Positions 40,529-50,816 of a DNA stretch of 64,000 nt are shown here, one piece after another (position 1 is the first letter of the stretch; the number at the start of each line of letters is the position of its first letter). Both the position numbers and the translations under genes were made by a program. The notes under the pieces were generated by a model. The model saw only the letters and a list, made by a program, of their open reading frames with translations, was not told the origin of the DNA and ran no database searches. Source of the DNA: Promethearchaeota archaeon (GTDB taxonomy: Archaea; Asgardarchaeota; Lokiarchaeia; Sigyniarchaeales; SOKP01); the NCBI GenBank assembly GCA_048940925.1, contig JBHLOC010000006.1, positions 62,152 to 126,151 on the forward strand, written 5' to 3'.

Positions 40529-41857
40529 GTGCCATCTACCCTAGAAAAGATTCGAGTATTAGGAGAAAATTCCAAATATGATATATGTGCCAGTACTGCT
40601 TCTAGTCGTACCGATAAATATCCAAAACTTTTTGGAGGTACAAAAAATTGGATTGGGAATACAGCAAGCGCGGGAATTTGTCATAGCTATACACCCGATG
40701 GACGATGTATGAGTCTTTTCAAAACTCTATATACTAATAAATGTATTTACAATTGTAAGTACTGTTTTTCCCACAGCTGTAAGCAAAAGATGAGTTTTAC
40801 ACCTGAAGAATATGCTCGTACATTTATGAAGCTATATTCGATGAATGTTGTCGAAGGTGTATTCATTTCATCAGCTGTTTGTAGTAGTGCTGATAAAACT
40901 ACCGAAGAAATGTTAGAAGCAATTCGATTACTTCGCTTTAAATATAATTTTATGGGGTATGTACACTTTAAATGTTTACCTGGTGTAAGTCAATATCTCC
41001 TTAAAGAAGCAATAACACTTTCAGATCGTATTTCAATAAATACAGAAGCTTCTTCAAAGGATTATCTAGCAGAAATTGCAGAACAAAAAGATTTTAATAA
41101 TGATATTATAACACGCCAACGCTGGTTAAAGCAGATTAGGATCAAACATAATGATGAAACTCTCAAATATATGAGAGATACTGAGCAAGATAATAACTTG
41201 AGTTATCAAGAAAAAATGATTAAAGATCGAAGAGAAAATGGTTACAAAAAATTCCGATGGGATGGCGCCCCAATCCTTAATAGTGGACAGACTACCCAAT
41301 TTGTAGTGGGTGCCGCTGAAAATGAAAGTGATTATGATCTACTTAAAAGGATCGATTGGGGATATCGAAAAATTGATTTAAGGCGAGCTTATTTCTCATC
41401 ATTTATTCCAATCGAAGGGACACCTCTAGCTGGCAAACAAGCAGCCTCATTAGCAAGGGAACATCGTTTATATCAAAGTGATTGGTTATTAAGAATATAT
41501 CACTACAAATTAAAAGATTTAGAATATATTTTCAACGATGAAGGTAATTTACCTAAAGGAGACCCAAAAATTCATTTAGCAAGAAAATATTTTAGAGATC
41601 ATAATCTTGTAGATCCCAATCGAGCCTCTTACCATGAGTTGTTGCGTGTTCCTGGAATTGGACCTATATCTGCTAAACGTATTATTAATTTACAATCCAA
41701 AAAATTCATATTTAAACATCGACAAGACCTTAAATCTGTAGGAGTAGTATTAAAACGAGCTGAACCTTTCCTTCTGATAGATGGACATAATCAAACGACT
41801 TTAAATAAATATTTCAACATAATTAATGATAATATTCCACAGAGGGAAATCGTGTGA
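40529..41857 (+). CDS. Putative DNA modification/repair radical SAM protein with HhH motif
   Basis: SKYDICAS, GICHS.TPDGRC, CIYNCKYC, REHRLYQSDWLLR, LLRVPGIG. Confidence 0.9.
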   Translation: MPSTLEKIRVLGENSKYDICASTASSRTDKYPKLFGGTKNWIGNTASAGICHSYTPDGRCMSLFKTLYTNKCIYNCKYCFSHSCKQKMSFTPEEYARTFMKLYSMNVVEGVFISSAVCSSADKTTEEMLEAIRLLRFKYNFMGYVHFKCLPGVSQYLLKEAITLSDRISINTEASSKDYLAEIAEQKDFNNDIITRQRWLKQIRIKHNDETLKYMRDTEQDNNLSYQEKMIKDRRENGYKKFRWDGAPILNSGQTTQFVVGAAENESDYDLLKRIDWGYRKIDLRRAYFSSFIPIEGTPLAGKQAASLAREHRLYQSDWLLRIYHYKLKDLEYIFNDEGNLPKGDPKIHLARKYFRDHNLVDPNRASYHELLRVPGIGPISAKRIINLQSKKFIFKHRQDLKSVGVVLKRAEPFLLIDGHNQTTLNKYFNIINDNIPQREIV

Positions 41858-42516
41858 AAAAAATAACGAAAGGAAATGATCCTCTGGAAGTTGTTGGGTG
41901 CGCTAAAGGTCATTCACATGAGGAATTAATACATAATCTTCCCCGCCATTGTAATTTTTATCCTGCTCTTATCCAACAGATTAAAAGAATTCCAGAAGTT
42001 GTCTTACGTAATTCTGGTACTCCAATCGCAAAAAAAATTAATCGTATGATGCGTGAAATTTCTAAAGAAACCTATAGAGCGATACAATTCACTCGTACAC
42101 AAATAAATAATAGAGGGGTATTATTTGGAGTAGTTTCCCTCAAACACAATGTGATGGACCGTGTTTTAAGTTATTTCCATAAGAGATGGCCAGATTGTAT
42201 AGTCTGTCTATATAATGAATATAACCATAAAACATCAACAATGGATGAGGGAGGGAAACTTTGTAATATTGACAGTTCCCTTAAAACATTAGTAGAACAA
42301 GTAAGTAAAAATCGCCCCATTGTTCCATATTTCAATGATATCCAATTTTCTGGTGAACAAATTTTCGAGACATTGTATAATTCACAGTTCATTCCTGAAC
42401 GAGAGAACCAGTCTTTTTTTAAAAAGATGATCCCAGGCAAGTGTTTTGAATTACCTGGGTTGAGAGGTGGAGTAGAAAAGCGTTTTCGAAATAAAAGGAT
42501 TAATGATTTTATATAA
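41854..42516 (+). CDS. DUF4130-like partner of the radical SAM protein
   Basis: Overlapping downstream gene; HNVM...YFHKRW and Y.SQFIPEREN...KKMIP resemble the usual partner family. Confidence 0.65.
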   Translation: MKKITKGNDPLEVVGCAKGHSHEELIHNLPRHCNFYPALIQQIKRIPEVVLRNSGTPIAKKINRMMREISKETYRAIQFTRTQINNRGVLFGVVSLKHNVMDRVLSYFHKRWPDCIVCLYNEYNHKTSTMDEGGKLCNIDSSLKTLVEQVSKNRPIVPYFNDIQFSGEQIFETLYNSQFIPERENQSFFKKMIPGKCFELPGLRGGVEKRFRNKRINDFI

Positions 42517-42524
42517 TATCAGAT

Positions 42525-42647
42525 TATTTTCGTGAATATTCTTGAGCTTCTTATTATGATAAATTTTCATTAGAGATATTCAATAAGTTCCCGCCAGTTA
42601 AGTTTACTCGACTTATTTCATCATTGTTAAAAATAAACCCTAGCAAC
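42525..42647 (-). repeat. Degenerate ~120-nt copy of the cooC 3' end
   Basis: Aligns to 45289-45412, including the exact block ccagttaagtttactcgacttatttcatcattgtta. Confidence 0.85.
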
Positions 42648-42895
42648 TATAGAAATAACATCCTAAGAGGGGATTTACTATCGAAAAAAATAGAGTAGCA
42701 GAGTGTGTAGAATTGTATGAATCAATTAGTTATGAAGAACATGTTGAATCTACTAATCTAGATGACAAGGAAGAATGTCAAACGTGTTATAAAGTTGATT
42801 TTGATAATTTACGTATTCTATATATCAAGAGAGAGAAAAATGAAGATATTAATGGAGTTTTAGAAGAATTAATATAATTTTAAATTAAGTTATAC

Positions 42896-44152
42896 CTAAA
42901 AAGCCCATTCTCCCTTTCGCATGATAGGTTCTACTTTACCATCTTTAGTAGTCCCATCAACATCCATTTCCCCTGAACCAATCATGACATCGACATGAAT
43001 TAAGCTAATATTTCCCCCAGCAGCAAGAAATTCTTCATCTGACATTTTTTTCCCATTTTTTAATAATGGTTTATAAGCAAAACCTAAAGCGATATGGTTA
43101 GAAGCATTTTCATCAATCAAACTATTGAAAAAGATTAATCCCGATTGTGAAATAGGTGTACTATTTGGAATAAGAGCGATCTCTCCTAATTTACTTGCCC
43201 CTTCATCAGTATGGATAAGCATATTTAGAAGATCCTTACCTCTTTCTGCTTTTAATTCTACAACTTTCCCTTCTGAAAATTTCAATTCAATATTTTCAAT
43301 TAAATAGCCTCCATAATTGAGGGGTTTTGTTATTTTTACAGTTCCTTCTGTCATATCTTTATGAGGGAGAGTGCAAATCTCCTCTGTTGGGATATTACTT
43401 ACATAATCGATTCCTTTTTGACTAGTAGATTTTGCACTTTCCCATATATGCCCTTCAGGTAAACCGATTGTTAAATTTGTACCTGGAGCTTTTAATTGTA
43501 AAGATGTATATTGTCTCTCATTTAAATAATCTTTTCTTGCATTGAGTTGGTCAATATGATCATTCCAAGCTTCAACAGGATCTTTTTGTTTTACACGACA
43601 AATTTCAAAGATTTTATCCCATAATTTGACTATCCGTTTATCAGGGGGAAGATCAGGGAATGTTTTCTCTGCCCAAGCATCACAAGATGCAGATACAACA
43701 CACCCATTTCTAGCTTTTTTTTGATTCAAGAGATCAGTAACAAGTTTCTGTTTCTTTCTTATTGTCTGTATCATAGTTGTCATAAGCTCAGGATCTTGAT
43801 TATTGAAAAAAAGAGGGTCAGCACTCAATATATTAAGGCCAGCTCCACCTTTTTCAATGTTCTCCAACGAAGCATCTCGTTGCCAACTGGAGAATTCTTC
43901 AAATGAATCTCGGGATGCATACTTGAGTCTAATTAAATGTAGTTTGGGATTATTCCATAATACATCAACAAATCTAGCACCCAATTGATATGCCTTCTTT
44001 ACAACTAATTCAATAAAAGGAGCTAAATCAAGAAGAGATGTACCTAAACCATATGGAGTGATTAATAACCATTGTCCTTTTTGTAAATTTACACCTACTT
44101 TTAATATTATATCTACATACTTTTCTAAATTCTGCTCGAATTCTGATGACAT
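42896..44152 (-). CDS. Aminopeptidase, M29 (AmpS/aminopeptidase T) family
   Basis: NIPTEE, LGEIAL, DENASNHIALG, SLIHVD. Confidence 0.92.
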   Translation of the reverse strand: MSSEFEQNLEKYVDIILKVGVNLQKGQWLLITPYGLGTSLLDLAPFIELVVKKAYQLGARFVDVLWNNPKLHLIRLKYASRDSFEEFSSWQRDASLENIEKGGAGLNILSADPLFFNNQDPELMTTMIQTIRKKQKLVTDLLNQKKARNGCVVSASCDAWAEKTFPDLPPDKRIVKLWDKIFEICRVKQKDPVEAWNDHIDQLNARKDYLNERQYTSLQLKAPGTNLTIGLPEGHIWESAKSTSQKGIDYVSNIPTEEICTLPHKDMTEGTVKITKPLNYGGYLIENIELKFSEGKVVELKAERGKDLLNMLIHTDEGASKLGEIALIPNSTPISQSGLIFFNSLIDENASNHIALGFAYKPLLKNGKKMSDEEFLAAGGNISLIHVDVMIGSGEMDVDGTTKDGKVEPIMRKGEWAF

Positions 44153-44597
44153 TGGAATTTCATCTAAATTATTAATTTTGGAATAATATTATTAGATTAT
44201 ATTCAATATATAAATATAATGCTTAGAAACTGATGTCTACCAGCGAAAAGTGGGATTTGTTTATATAGTTAAAATAACCAGACTACGAATATAATCTATG
44301 ATGAGGGAACTATCAAGGAGCTAAAATTATCTCTTAATAAGGAGTTCGAAATAGTTAGTTAAAAACGCCTAATTATACCATATTTTTATGAAATACAATT
44401 TTCCGGTAAGGATATCTTAGAATCATTATACGAATCTTAAAATGTAATTGAGTGTGAGAATCCATGTTTTTTTAAGAGAATCATCCTTGAGAAGTGTTAT
44501 AAATTTCCAGGACTGAGATTTGGGGTAAAAAAAGGGTATAAAGAAAAAAGAACTTTAAATTGAAATAAAGGATCAGTGATTATCTTTAATAGCATAT

Positions 44598-44619
44598 TAT
44601 TTTCGTGAATATTTCTTGA
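44598..44619. repeat. 22-bp exact copy of the cooC terminal sequence
   Basis: tattttcgtgaatatttcttga is identical to 45289-45310. Confidence 0.75.
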
Positions 44620-44663
44620 TATCTTATAACAAGAACATAAAAAGCATATAGTCTCTAATAACT

Positions 44664-45107
44664 TTAGGTTTGTCCTTTAAGGAAATAATGAGTATCTTCA
44701 TTCTTCCTAATTGATTGAATCCTTCCATCAGTAACCATTTCATCCGGGATTTTTTCACCATTTCTCATTACATACTTCTTAAAATTTGGATTTTTAATGG
44801 TTTCTCCTACTCTCTTTAACAAGGCTTTTGTTGTGAATGCTTTTCCGATGTTAGTTCCTAGATATTTATATAACTTCTTTTCAGTAGCATTATATAACTC
44901 TGATGTCTTATCACCATACTTTTCTAACTTATCTAACCCAAAAACTCCTCTATTTTTGTAAAGAACAAAGGAACCAATAAGTATAAACACAACACATACT
45001 AGTACAGCAATCCATAATGACCAATTTATAATACCTACAGATATCACTGAGATAATAACAATCAAGCCTGCAATTATAAAACTAAAAGCTATATAAATGT
45101 TGTACAT
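44664..45107 (-). CDS. Hypothetical 2-TM protein with a winged-helix-like C-terminus
   Basis: Two TMs, then KLYKYL...GKAFT..ALL...GRIQS. Confidence 0.55.
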   Translation of the reverse strand: MYNIYIAFSFIIAGLIVIISVISVGIINWSLWIAVLVCVVFILIGSFVLYKNRGVFGLDKLEKYGDKTSELYNATEKKLYKYLGTNIGKAFTTKALLKRVGETIKNPNFKKYVMRNGEKIPDEMVTDGRIQSIRKNEDTHYFLKGQT

Positions 45108-45282
45108 TCTGCGAGGTTTATCACTAAATATTTATAGCACCACTTATTTTCGTTTAAACTTTAAATTTCTTTTATTATGTTATATTTAAGCTTCAATATA
45201 TGTATTTCACATATTAATAACATCCAAGGATGATTCAGTAATGTGACTGCTAAGAACTAGGAAAAATACTTTTTATTTGATA

Positions 45283-46068
45283 CTATACTATTTTCGTGAA
45301 TATTTCTTGAGCTTCTTGATATGATGAATTTTCAATAGGTAATTTTAGTAAATTCCCACCAGTTAAGTTTACTCGACTTATTTCATCATTGTTAGATATA
45401 AATCCTAATAATTTTACATGATCTTCATTTATTTTCTCTACTTCTTCCTTTAAAATATCCCTTAAATTTTCTGGAAACCTATTCCCAAGGATCCATATGT
45501 TTTCAAATCGTAAATCTACCTCTTTGCTTACTTCTAATATCCGTTTCATGGTATGAATGCCCATTTTAGAAGGATCAGTTACAATTACTAAATCTGTGAC
45601 GTTTCGACCAGTTTTTCGTGCAAAATGTTCTAATCCAGCGGGTGAATCAAGCAATGTTATATCATAATTCTTAGCCAGGGTATCAATAACATTTTTTAGT
45701 ACGGAATTAATATAACAGTAACATCCCTCTCCTTCTGTCCGTCCCATTTCTAAAAGATCAAACTCACTCATCTCAATGAGACAATTATACACATCTCCTT
45801 CGATAATCTGATTCTTCGGTAAATCTAAGGGCAATTTTCGTGCCTGTATTTTATCTTTGAGCACCTTCATCTTTCCTCCAATAGTATCACTAAAGCTGAT
45901 TTCTTCACCAATAACATCAGCAACATTAGCATCGGGGTCAGAATCGATTACGAGAATATCGAGTTTATTTTTATTTTCTAAAATGTATTTTAAAAAAAGT
46001 GCCAAAGCTGTAGTTTTACCCACTCCACCTTTTCCGGAAAAAGCTATTATCTTTTTAATATTTAACAC
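45283..46068 (-). CDS. cooC: CooC/AcsF nickel-insertion ATPase
   Basis: SGKGGVGKT, IDSDPD, GEGCYC, DSPAGLEH. Confidence 0.9.
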   Translation of the reverse strand: MLNIKKIIAFSGKGGVGKTTALALFLKYILENKNKLDILVIDSDPDANVADVIGEEISFSDTIGGKMKVLKDKIQARKLPLDLPKNQIIEGDVYNCLIEMSEFDLLEMGRTEGEGCYCYINSVLKNVIDTLAKNYDITLLDSPAGLEHFARKTGRNVTDLVIVTDPSKMGIHTMKRILEVSKEVDLRFENIWILGNRFPENLRDILKEEVEKINEDHVKLLGFISNNDEISRVNLTGGNLLKLPIENSSYQEAQEIFTKIV

Positions 46069-46339
46069 TTAAAATAAGTTATTATTCCTTAAGGTAATGA
46101 AATTGATTAAAGATTAAAAATGTTATATACATAATTCAAAAGAAGAGATATTTTTCTATTAAAAAGTTAAAACTTAAATGGATACCGTAATAATATTTAA
46201 TAAATTTATAAAGAGAGGTTATAGTGGAAGAATAATTATTTAGCTATTGGTTATTATTCAATTTTTCTATTCTATTTTCATTAATATACATAGTTTCACT
46301 TAATTTGCTTTCAACAATTGAGAAAAGAAAAAGATTTAT

Positions 46340-47725
46340 TTATGCCCATGCTTCATAAGATTCCTTGAGATGTGCCAGAGCTTCTATTTCAAATGGCTTG
46401 GTTGCTCTGAGGATTTCAGCTCCCTCAATGAGCTTTTCTCTGGGCATTGCTCCCTCCAGTGCGAAGGGAAATATACGTTGAAATTTTGCTAGCCATTTCA
46501 CGATCTCAAAAAACTTTTGGGATGCCTCATCGAGGTATTTTGCTTGGGGTCTTCCTTGATATTTTTCTGAAAGCCGTTTTGTGAAGATCTGCGCGATTCG
46601 TTTTGCCTCCAGGACACATTCGCCGTTGTAACTGTTTCCATGGTAAGGATGGTCATCCTCTATCTCGCTTTCCAAACATTCTGCCCACTCGTCATAAGCC
46701 GAAGAACCAGCCACATATTGGTCGTACACTAGAGTACCTTCGGAGAACTTGATCGCACGATGAACAGCTTCCTTGTCGACATCTTCTGAAATATCTGGAG
46801 CTTCCTCCTCAAAGAAAATTGCATGAAGACTTCCAGGTGCATGAAGATCATCATAGTGGATCGGTGTATCTGGTCTCCGTATCTGGATCGGTGTATCTGG
46901 TCGGTTTACAGTAGTACTTGCGATGTAAGAATCTCTAGTATACCCCTTCACGATACAATATTCAATGACGTCTAAGCCCCAAAGGACAACTGGTTTGTCG
47001 TTATCAATTGAGGATTTTACAAGTTCAAAGAGCTCCTTTGCCCTTTCCCTATCATCGTCCGTCACTTCATCGGATGTGGGATAAGATCCATCATTAATAT
47101 ACCTATGAACCCTAAAACCAAGATTTCCCGTGGAGTTTACAATGTCTTCCCAGATGGCAAGGGCGGTCGGTCCTGAAGGACAGGTCACACCTTTCATAAC
47201 ATTTGGTAGTGCAAAAGCATAACCAGTATAACCCCCAACACTCACCATATCAATTTCTTTTTCCTTCCCCAGGGATTGCAACACCCCCAAGACGGCACCA
47301 AGGTATGAAATCCAAGCTCTCTGAATCGTTGGTTCGTGAGAAACTAAATTTTCAGTTTTTTTCATTCTTTTCACCATCATATTTGAATAGCGTCTCCTGA
47401 GCTTTTCTCTTTCTAATTGCTCTCTCGACCTTGAATCTTTATAGACTGTAGTCATGGCTTTCAATAAATCCCTTCCATCTGTGGTGATGTGATAACTACC
47501 TCTCCCATATTTTTCCACAAGATGGTGTGTTAATAATTGCGATAAATGATTAGAAAGAGCCGTTTTCTTCAGGTTAGTTTTGTCAATGAGTGTTGAGAAA
47601 TCTAGAGACTTATCTAGCAACAAACTTAATAGTTGAAGCCTTTTTGGATGCGCAATTGCTTTGGCTAGTTTTGAAATACTGTCCAGTGAACCAATTATTT
47701 CTTTGTTATCGAGCTCTTTGCTCAA
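46340..47725 (-). CDS. ArsR-type winged-helix regulator fused to a large C-terminal domain (BtrH/C39-like?)
   Basis: AIAHPKRLQLL...ALSNHLSQL...GSYHITTDG; probable TTG start at 47725 behind GGTGG; elevated GC. Confidence 0.75.
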   Translation of the reverse strand: MSKELDNKEIIGSLDSISKLAKAIAHPKRLQLLSLLLDKSLDFSTLIDKTNLKKTALSNHLSQLLTHHLVEKYGRGSYHITTDGRDLLKAMTTVYKDSRSREQLEREKLRRRYSNMMVKRMKKTENLVSHEPTIQRAWISYLGAVLGVLQSLGKEKEIDMVSVGGYTGYAFALPNVMKGVTCPSGPTALAIWEDIVNSTGNLGFRVHRYINDGSYPTSDEVTDDDRERAKELFELVKSSIDNDKPVVLWGLDVIEYCIVKGYTRDSYIASTTVNRPDTPIQIRRPDTPIHYDDLHAPGSLHAIFFEEEAPDISEDVDKEAVHRAIKFSEGTLVYDQYVAGSSAYDEWAECLESEIEDDHPYHGNSYNGECVLEAKRIAQIFTKRLSEKYQGRPQAKYLDEASQKFFEIVKWLAKFQRIFPFALEGAMPREKLIEGAEILRATKPFEIEALAHLKESYEAWA

Positions 47726-48016
47726 ATCAAGCCACCATTCAATTATTAATATGTATATAGGAACAAGTGTATTTAAATGTTTCGGTCTTTTAGGAGGTTT
47801 GTTCACAAAAATTAGGGATTCACTCTGAGAAAAGTAGCTTTGTTCACAAGAAATAGGAAATCTAAAATTATTTTTATAATAATTAGTTTCCAAATTTAAA
47901 AAAATTGATTTTAGGTCAAAAAATAAATAATTAAAAGGACTAAATGGCTTTCTAATAAGAAAAATTAACTTGGTAATGATAGAAATTAATAATAAATAGA
48001 AAATTCTATATAAACC

Positions 48017-48472
48017 ATGTCAATAAGGTATATAAAGAAAAATGAAATGGGTGAATTATTAGACCTTTATGCTCATCTCCATAGGAAAGATGAACAATTA
48101 CCAGAAAAATCTATATTAATGTCTATTTGGGATGAAATCATGTCTAATTCCCTGTTACACTATTTTGTAGTAGAACATAATAATAAATTCATTTCATCTT
48201 GTGCTCTTTCAATCATTCCGAATTTAACACGAGGTGGACGACCATATGGATTGATTGAAAATGTAGTAACTCATACTGATCACCGTCAACAGGGATTTGG
48301 AATTTCGGTTCTCCAACATGCCCTCAATGTTGCATGGAAAAATAAATGCTATAAAGTTATGTTATTAACAGGTTCAAAAGAGCCAGCAGTTCATCACTTT
48401 TATGAAAAGGCAGGATTTAAAAAAGGAATAAAAACTGGTTTTGTCGCTAACCCACCTGATTTTCTGGATTAA
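48017..48472 (+). CDS. GNAT acetyltransferase
   Basis: IENVVTHTDHRQQGFG, CYKVMLLTG, FYEKAGF. Confidence 0.9.
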   Translation: MSIRYIKKNEMGELLDLYAHLHRKDEQLPEKSILMSIWDEIMSNSLLHYFVVEHNNKFISSCALSIIPNLTRGGRPYGLIENVVTHTDHRQQGFGISVLQHALNVAWKNKCYKVMLLTGSKEPAVHHFYEKAGFKKGIKTGFVANPPDFLD

Positions 48473-48485
48473 GAGGGCAAAAAAA

Positions 48486-49157
48486 TTGAAAAACAAACTT
48501 AAGGCTATTAAAGGAATTTTATTTGATTTTGACTATACCCTTGCTGACTCTTCTAGGGGAGTGGTTAAGTGTATTAATTATGCATTAGAAAGACTTAAAT
48601 TCGCAAAAGTTCCAGCAGAGGAGGTTAGGAAGACAATTGGTCTTACTCTTGAACATACATTTTTGATGCTTTTAGGAAAACAACACATTGATGAAACTGA
48701 AAGGTTCAAATCTTATTTTATCGAAAAGGCAGATGAAGTTATGGCAGATAATACCACAATGTTTGTAGAGACATCAAATGTAATTAAGTTGTTACATAAC
48801 AAAGGTCTCAGACTCGGGATTGTTTCCACGAAATTTCGATATCGAATAGAAAATATTCTCTGTAGAGAAAATCTTTTAGAGTTTTTTGATGTAATCGTTG
48901 GTGGGGAGGATATTTCACATCTTAAACCAGATCCTCTTGGTTTAATGCATGCAATTAAGAAGTTAAATTTACATACCTCAGAAGTCATATATATAGGTGA
49001 TAGTGCTGTTGATGCTGAAACAGCTCAAAGAGCAGGAATTCATTTTGTTGCTGTTCTTTCAGGTATTACTCCTCAAGACGCATTCAATCAGTCTCAGGTG
49101 ATTATTTTTCTAAAGAACCTTTCTGAGCTTCCATTAATATTAGGGATTAAGTTATAA
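48486..49157 (+). CDS. HAD-superfamily phosphatase (phosphoglycolate phosphatase-like)
   Basis: FDFDYTLADS, KPDP, YIGDS..D; TTG at 48486 preferred as start. Confidence 0.9.
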   Translation: MKNKLKAIKGILFDFDYTLADSSRGVVKCINYALERLKFAKVPAEEVRKTIGLTLEHTFLMLLGKQHIDETERFKSYFIEKADEVMADNTTMFVETSNVIKLLHNKGLRLGIVSTKFRYRIENILCRENLLEFFDVIVGGEDISHLKPDPLGLMHAIKKLNLHTSEVIYIGDSAVDAETAQRAGIHFVAVLSGITPQDAFNQSQVIIFLKNLSELPLILGIKL

Positions 49158-49180
49158 ATTAGAAATACATATCAAATTTA

Positions 49181-49990
49181 TTACTGTTCCTGTCTATAAA
49201 CTGGAACAATTTTAGAAGTAAATTCCTCTAAAGTGTGTGGAAATTCTTCTTCACTTGATATCTTACCAAGATCTAACATAATTTGTCGTGCTAATAACCA
49301 AAAAGCTAAACCTAATGCTTTCTTTCCACGATTATTTGCTGGAATCGCAAGATCTATACCTCTTAAGGTATCATCTGTATCGAAAAGGGATACTACTGGA
49401 ATTCGGGCTAATTTTGCTTCTCTCAGAATAACTTTATCTGCATGAGGATCAACAATTAGAACAACACTGGCGTCCTTAATATATGGATCGATTGAAGGAT
49501 TTGTTAAACTTCCTGGTATAAAACGTTCAGTTATCGCTTTACATCCAAGAACTTTGCAAAATGTTCGAACTGGTTCTTTCCCATATCTTCGTACACTTGT
49601 TACGATTACTCTATCACTTCCTTCTTCAATATATTTACTCAAGAATTTAGCAGCTATTTTCAATCGATCATCAGTTTTAGTTAAATCAATTACGTATAGG
49701 CCATAATTTGTTTGACGATATATAAAACGTCTAGCATCCCCTGTAAGAAGCTTAGTTCCAATATGAATTCCGCAACTTAAGTATAGTTGCTTTCGTTCTT
49801 CATCCTTATCTATTAATTCTTCTTTAGCCTCAATACCAGCTTCTATGTCTTCAGTATCTAATAATTCAAGTTCTTCTTCTAAATCCAAATCTTCTTCAAA
49901 GTCAATATCAAAATTGTCTTCAAAATCTTCTAACATTTCATCTTTTCTTTCTGTTTCCTCACTGTCAGTCTTTTTTTTCTTTTTTGCCAC
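49181..49990 (-). CDS. rps2: 30S ribosomal protein uS2 with acidic N-terminal extension
   Basis: YLSCGIHIGT, RFIPGSLTNP, AIPANNRG. Confidence 0.95.
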   Translation of the reverse strand: MAKKKKKTDSEETERKDEMLEDFEDNFDIDFEEDLDLEEELELLDTEDIEAGIEAKEELIDKDEERKQLYLSCGIHIGTKLLTGDARRFIYRQTNYGLYVIDLTKTDDRLKIAAKFLSKYIEEGSDRVIVTSVRRYGKEPVRTFCKVLGCKAITERFIPGSLTNPSIDPYIKDASVVLIVDPHADKVILREAKLARIPVVSLFDTDDTLRGIDLAIPANNRGKKALGLAFWLLARQIMLDLGKISSEEEFPHTLEEFTSKIVPVYRQEQ

Positions 49991-50223
49991 AATAAAAGCC
50001 TTGTTAATATTTTTCTTATATCAATTTTAATTTGTTATTCTGAAATATTCAAACTTCAGTGAATAATTACTTAAATATACCATAACTTTAATATTTTATT
50101 AAGGGATTTTAGCTCATTCTCTTAGAACTAAAGATTTAATATAACAATGATGATTTTAATTATTAATATATCTAATCAATTACATTTATTATATAAAAAT
50201 TTAAATTTATATTGGTTTAAATC

Positions 50224-50712
50224 ATGGCTTCTTATCGATTAATATTGGGAATAATAATTGGTATTGTTTTAAGTTTTTTTAGTGTATTTTTCTTTAATAT
50301 GGAGAATCTGATTAATCAAATCAAAACTAATGCCAATTCTGATCTATTGAAAGCAATTGCTTTATTAGTTGGTGCGAATTTTAAGTTTGATATTATTGCA
50401 TTTTTCTCGGGAACTTTAACAGTTACAGGATTTTTCGCAGCGCAACTTTTAGCTTGGCTCTTCATTGGATATGTCAGTGGTACAATTGCAAAAGGTTTAA
50501 AAAGAGGTATTATATCAAGCGTATTAGTAGTAGTAGTAGTTTTATTAATTTGGATTATTTTAAGTATAATTTCTGGGGTAGATTTAATGGCTTTATTTCA
50601 AGGTAATCAGTTAACTGAAACATTAGGTGGGATATTTAGTGGCTTTTTAGGAGCATTTATAGGAGGACTAATCGGCGGATCAGTAAGTGGACCATATGAA
50701 GAGTTTTATTAA
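50224..50712 (+). CDS. Hypothetical 4-TM glycine-rich membrane protein
   Basis: Hydrophobic helices with GxxxG motifs. Confidence 0.7.
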   Translation: MASYRLILGIIIGIVLSFFSVFFFNMENLINQIKTNANSDLLKAIALLVGANFKFDIIAFFSGTLTVTGFFAAQLLAWLFIGYVSGTIAKGLKRGIISSVLVVVVVLLIWIILSIISGVDLMALFQGNQLTETLGGIFSGFLGAFIGGLIGGSVSGPYEEFY

Positions 50713-50816
50713 TCAGTTTATTGTTTATCTTTTTCCTTTCTTTTAGAAATACTAATTAGGTTTTAATCCATCTTGTCTTAAAAAAATTTAATATTTGTTA
50801 ATAATATAAGTTATTA

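Noticed and set aside
44298-44520. C/D-box sRNA (ATGATGA at 44298)
   Set aside because: No box D at a suitable distance and no terminal stem.
47726-47893. 56-aa N-terminal extension of the ArsR fusion
   Set aside because: Intergenic-like composition; a TTG with a GGTGG ribosome-binding-like motif at 47725 directly precedes the HTH domain.
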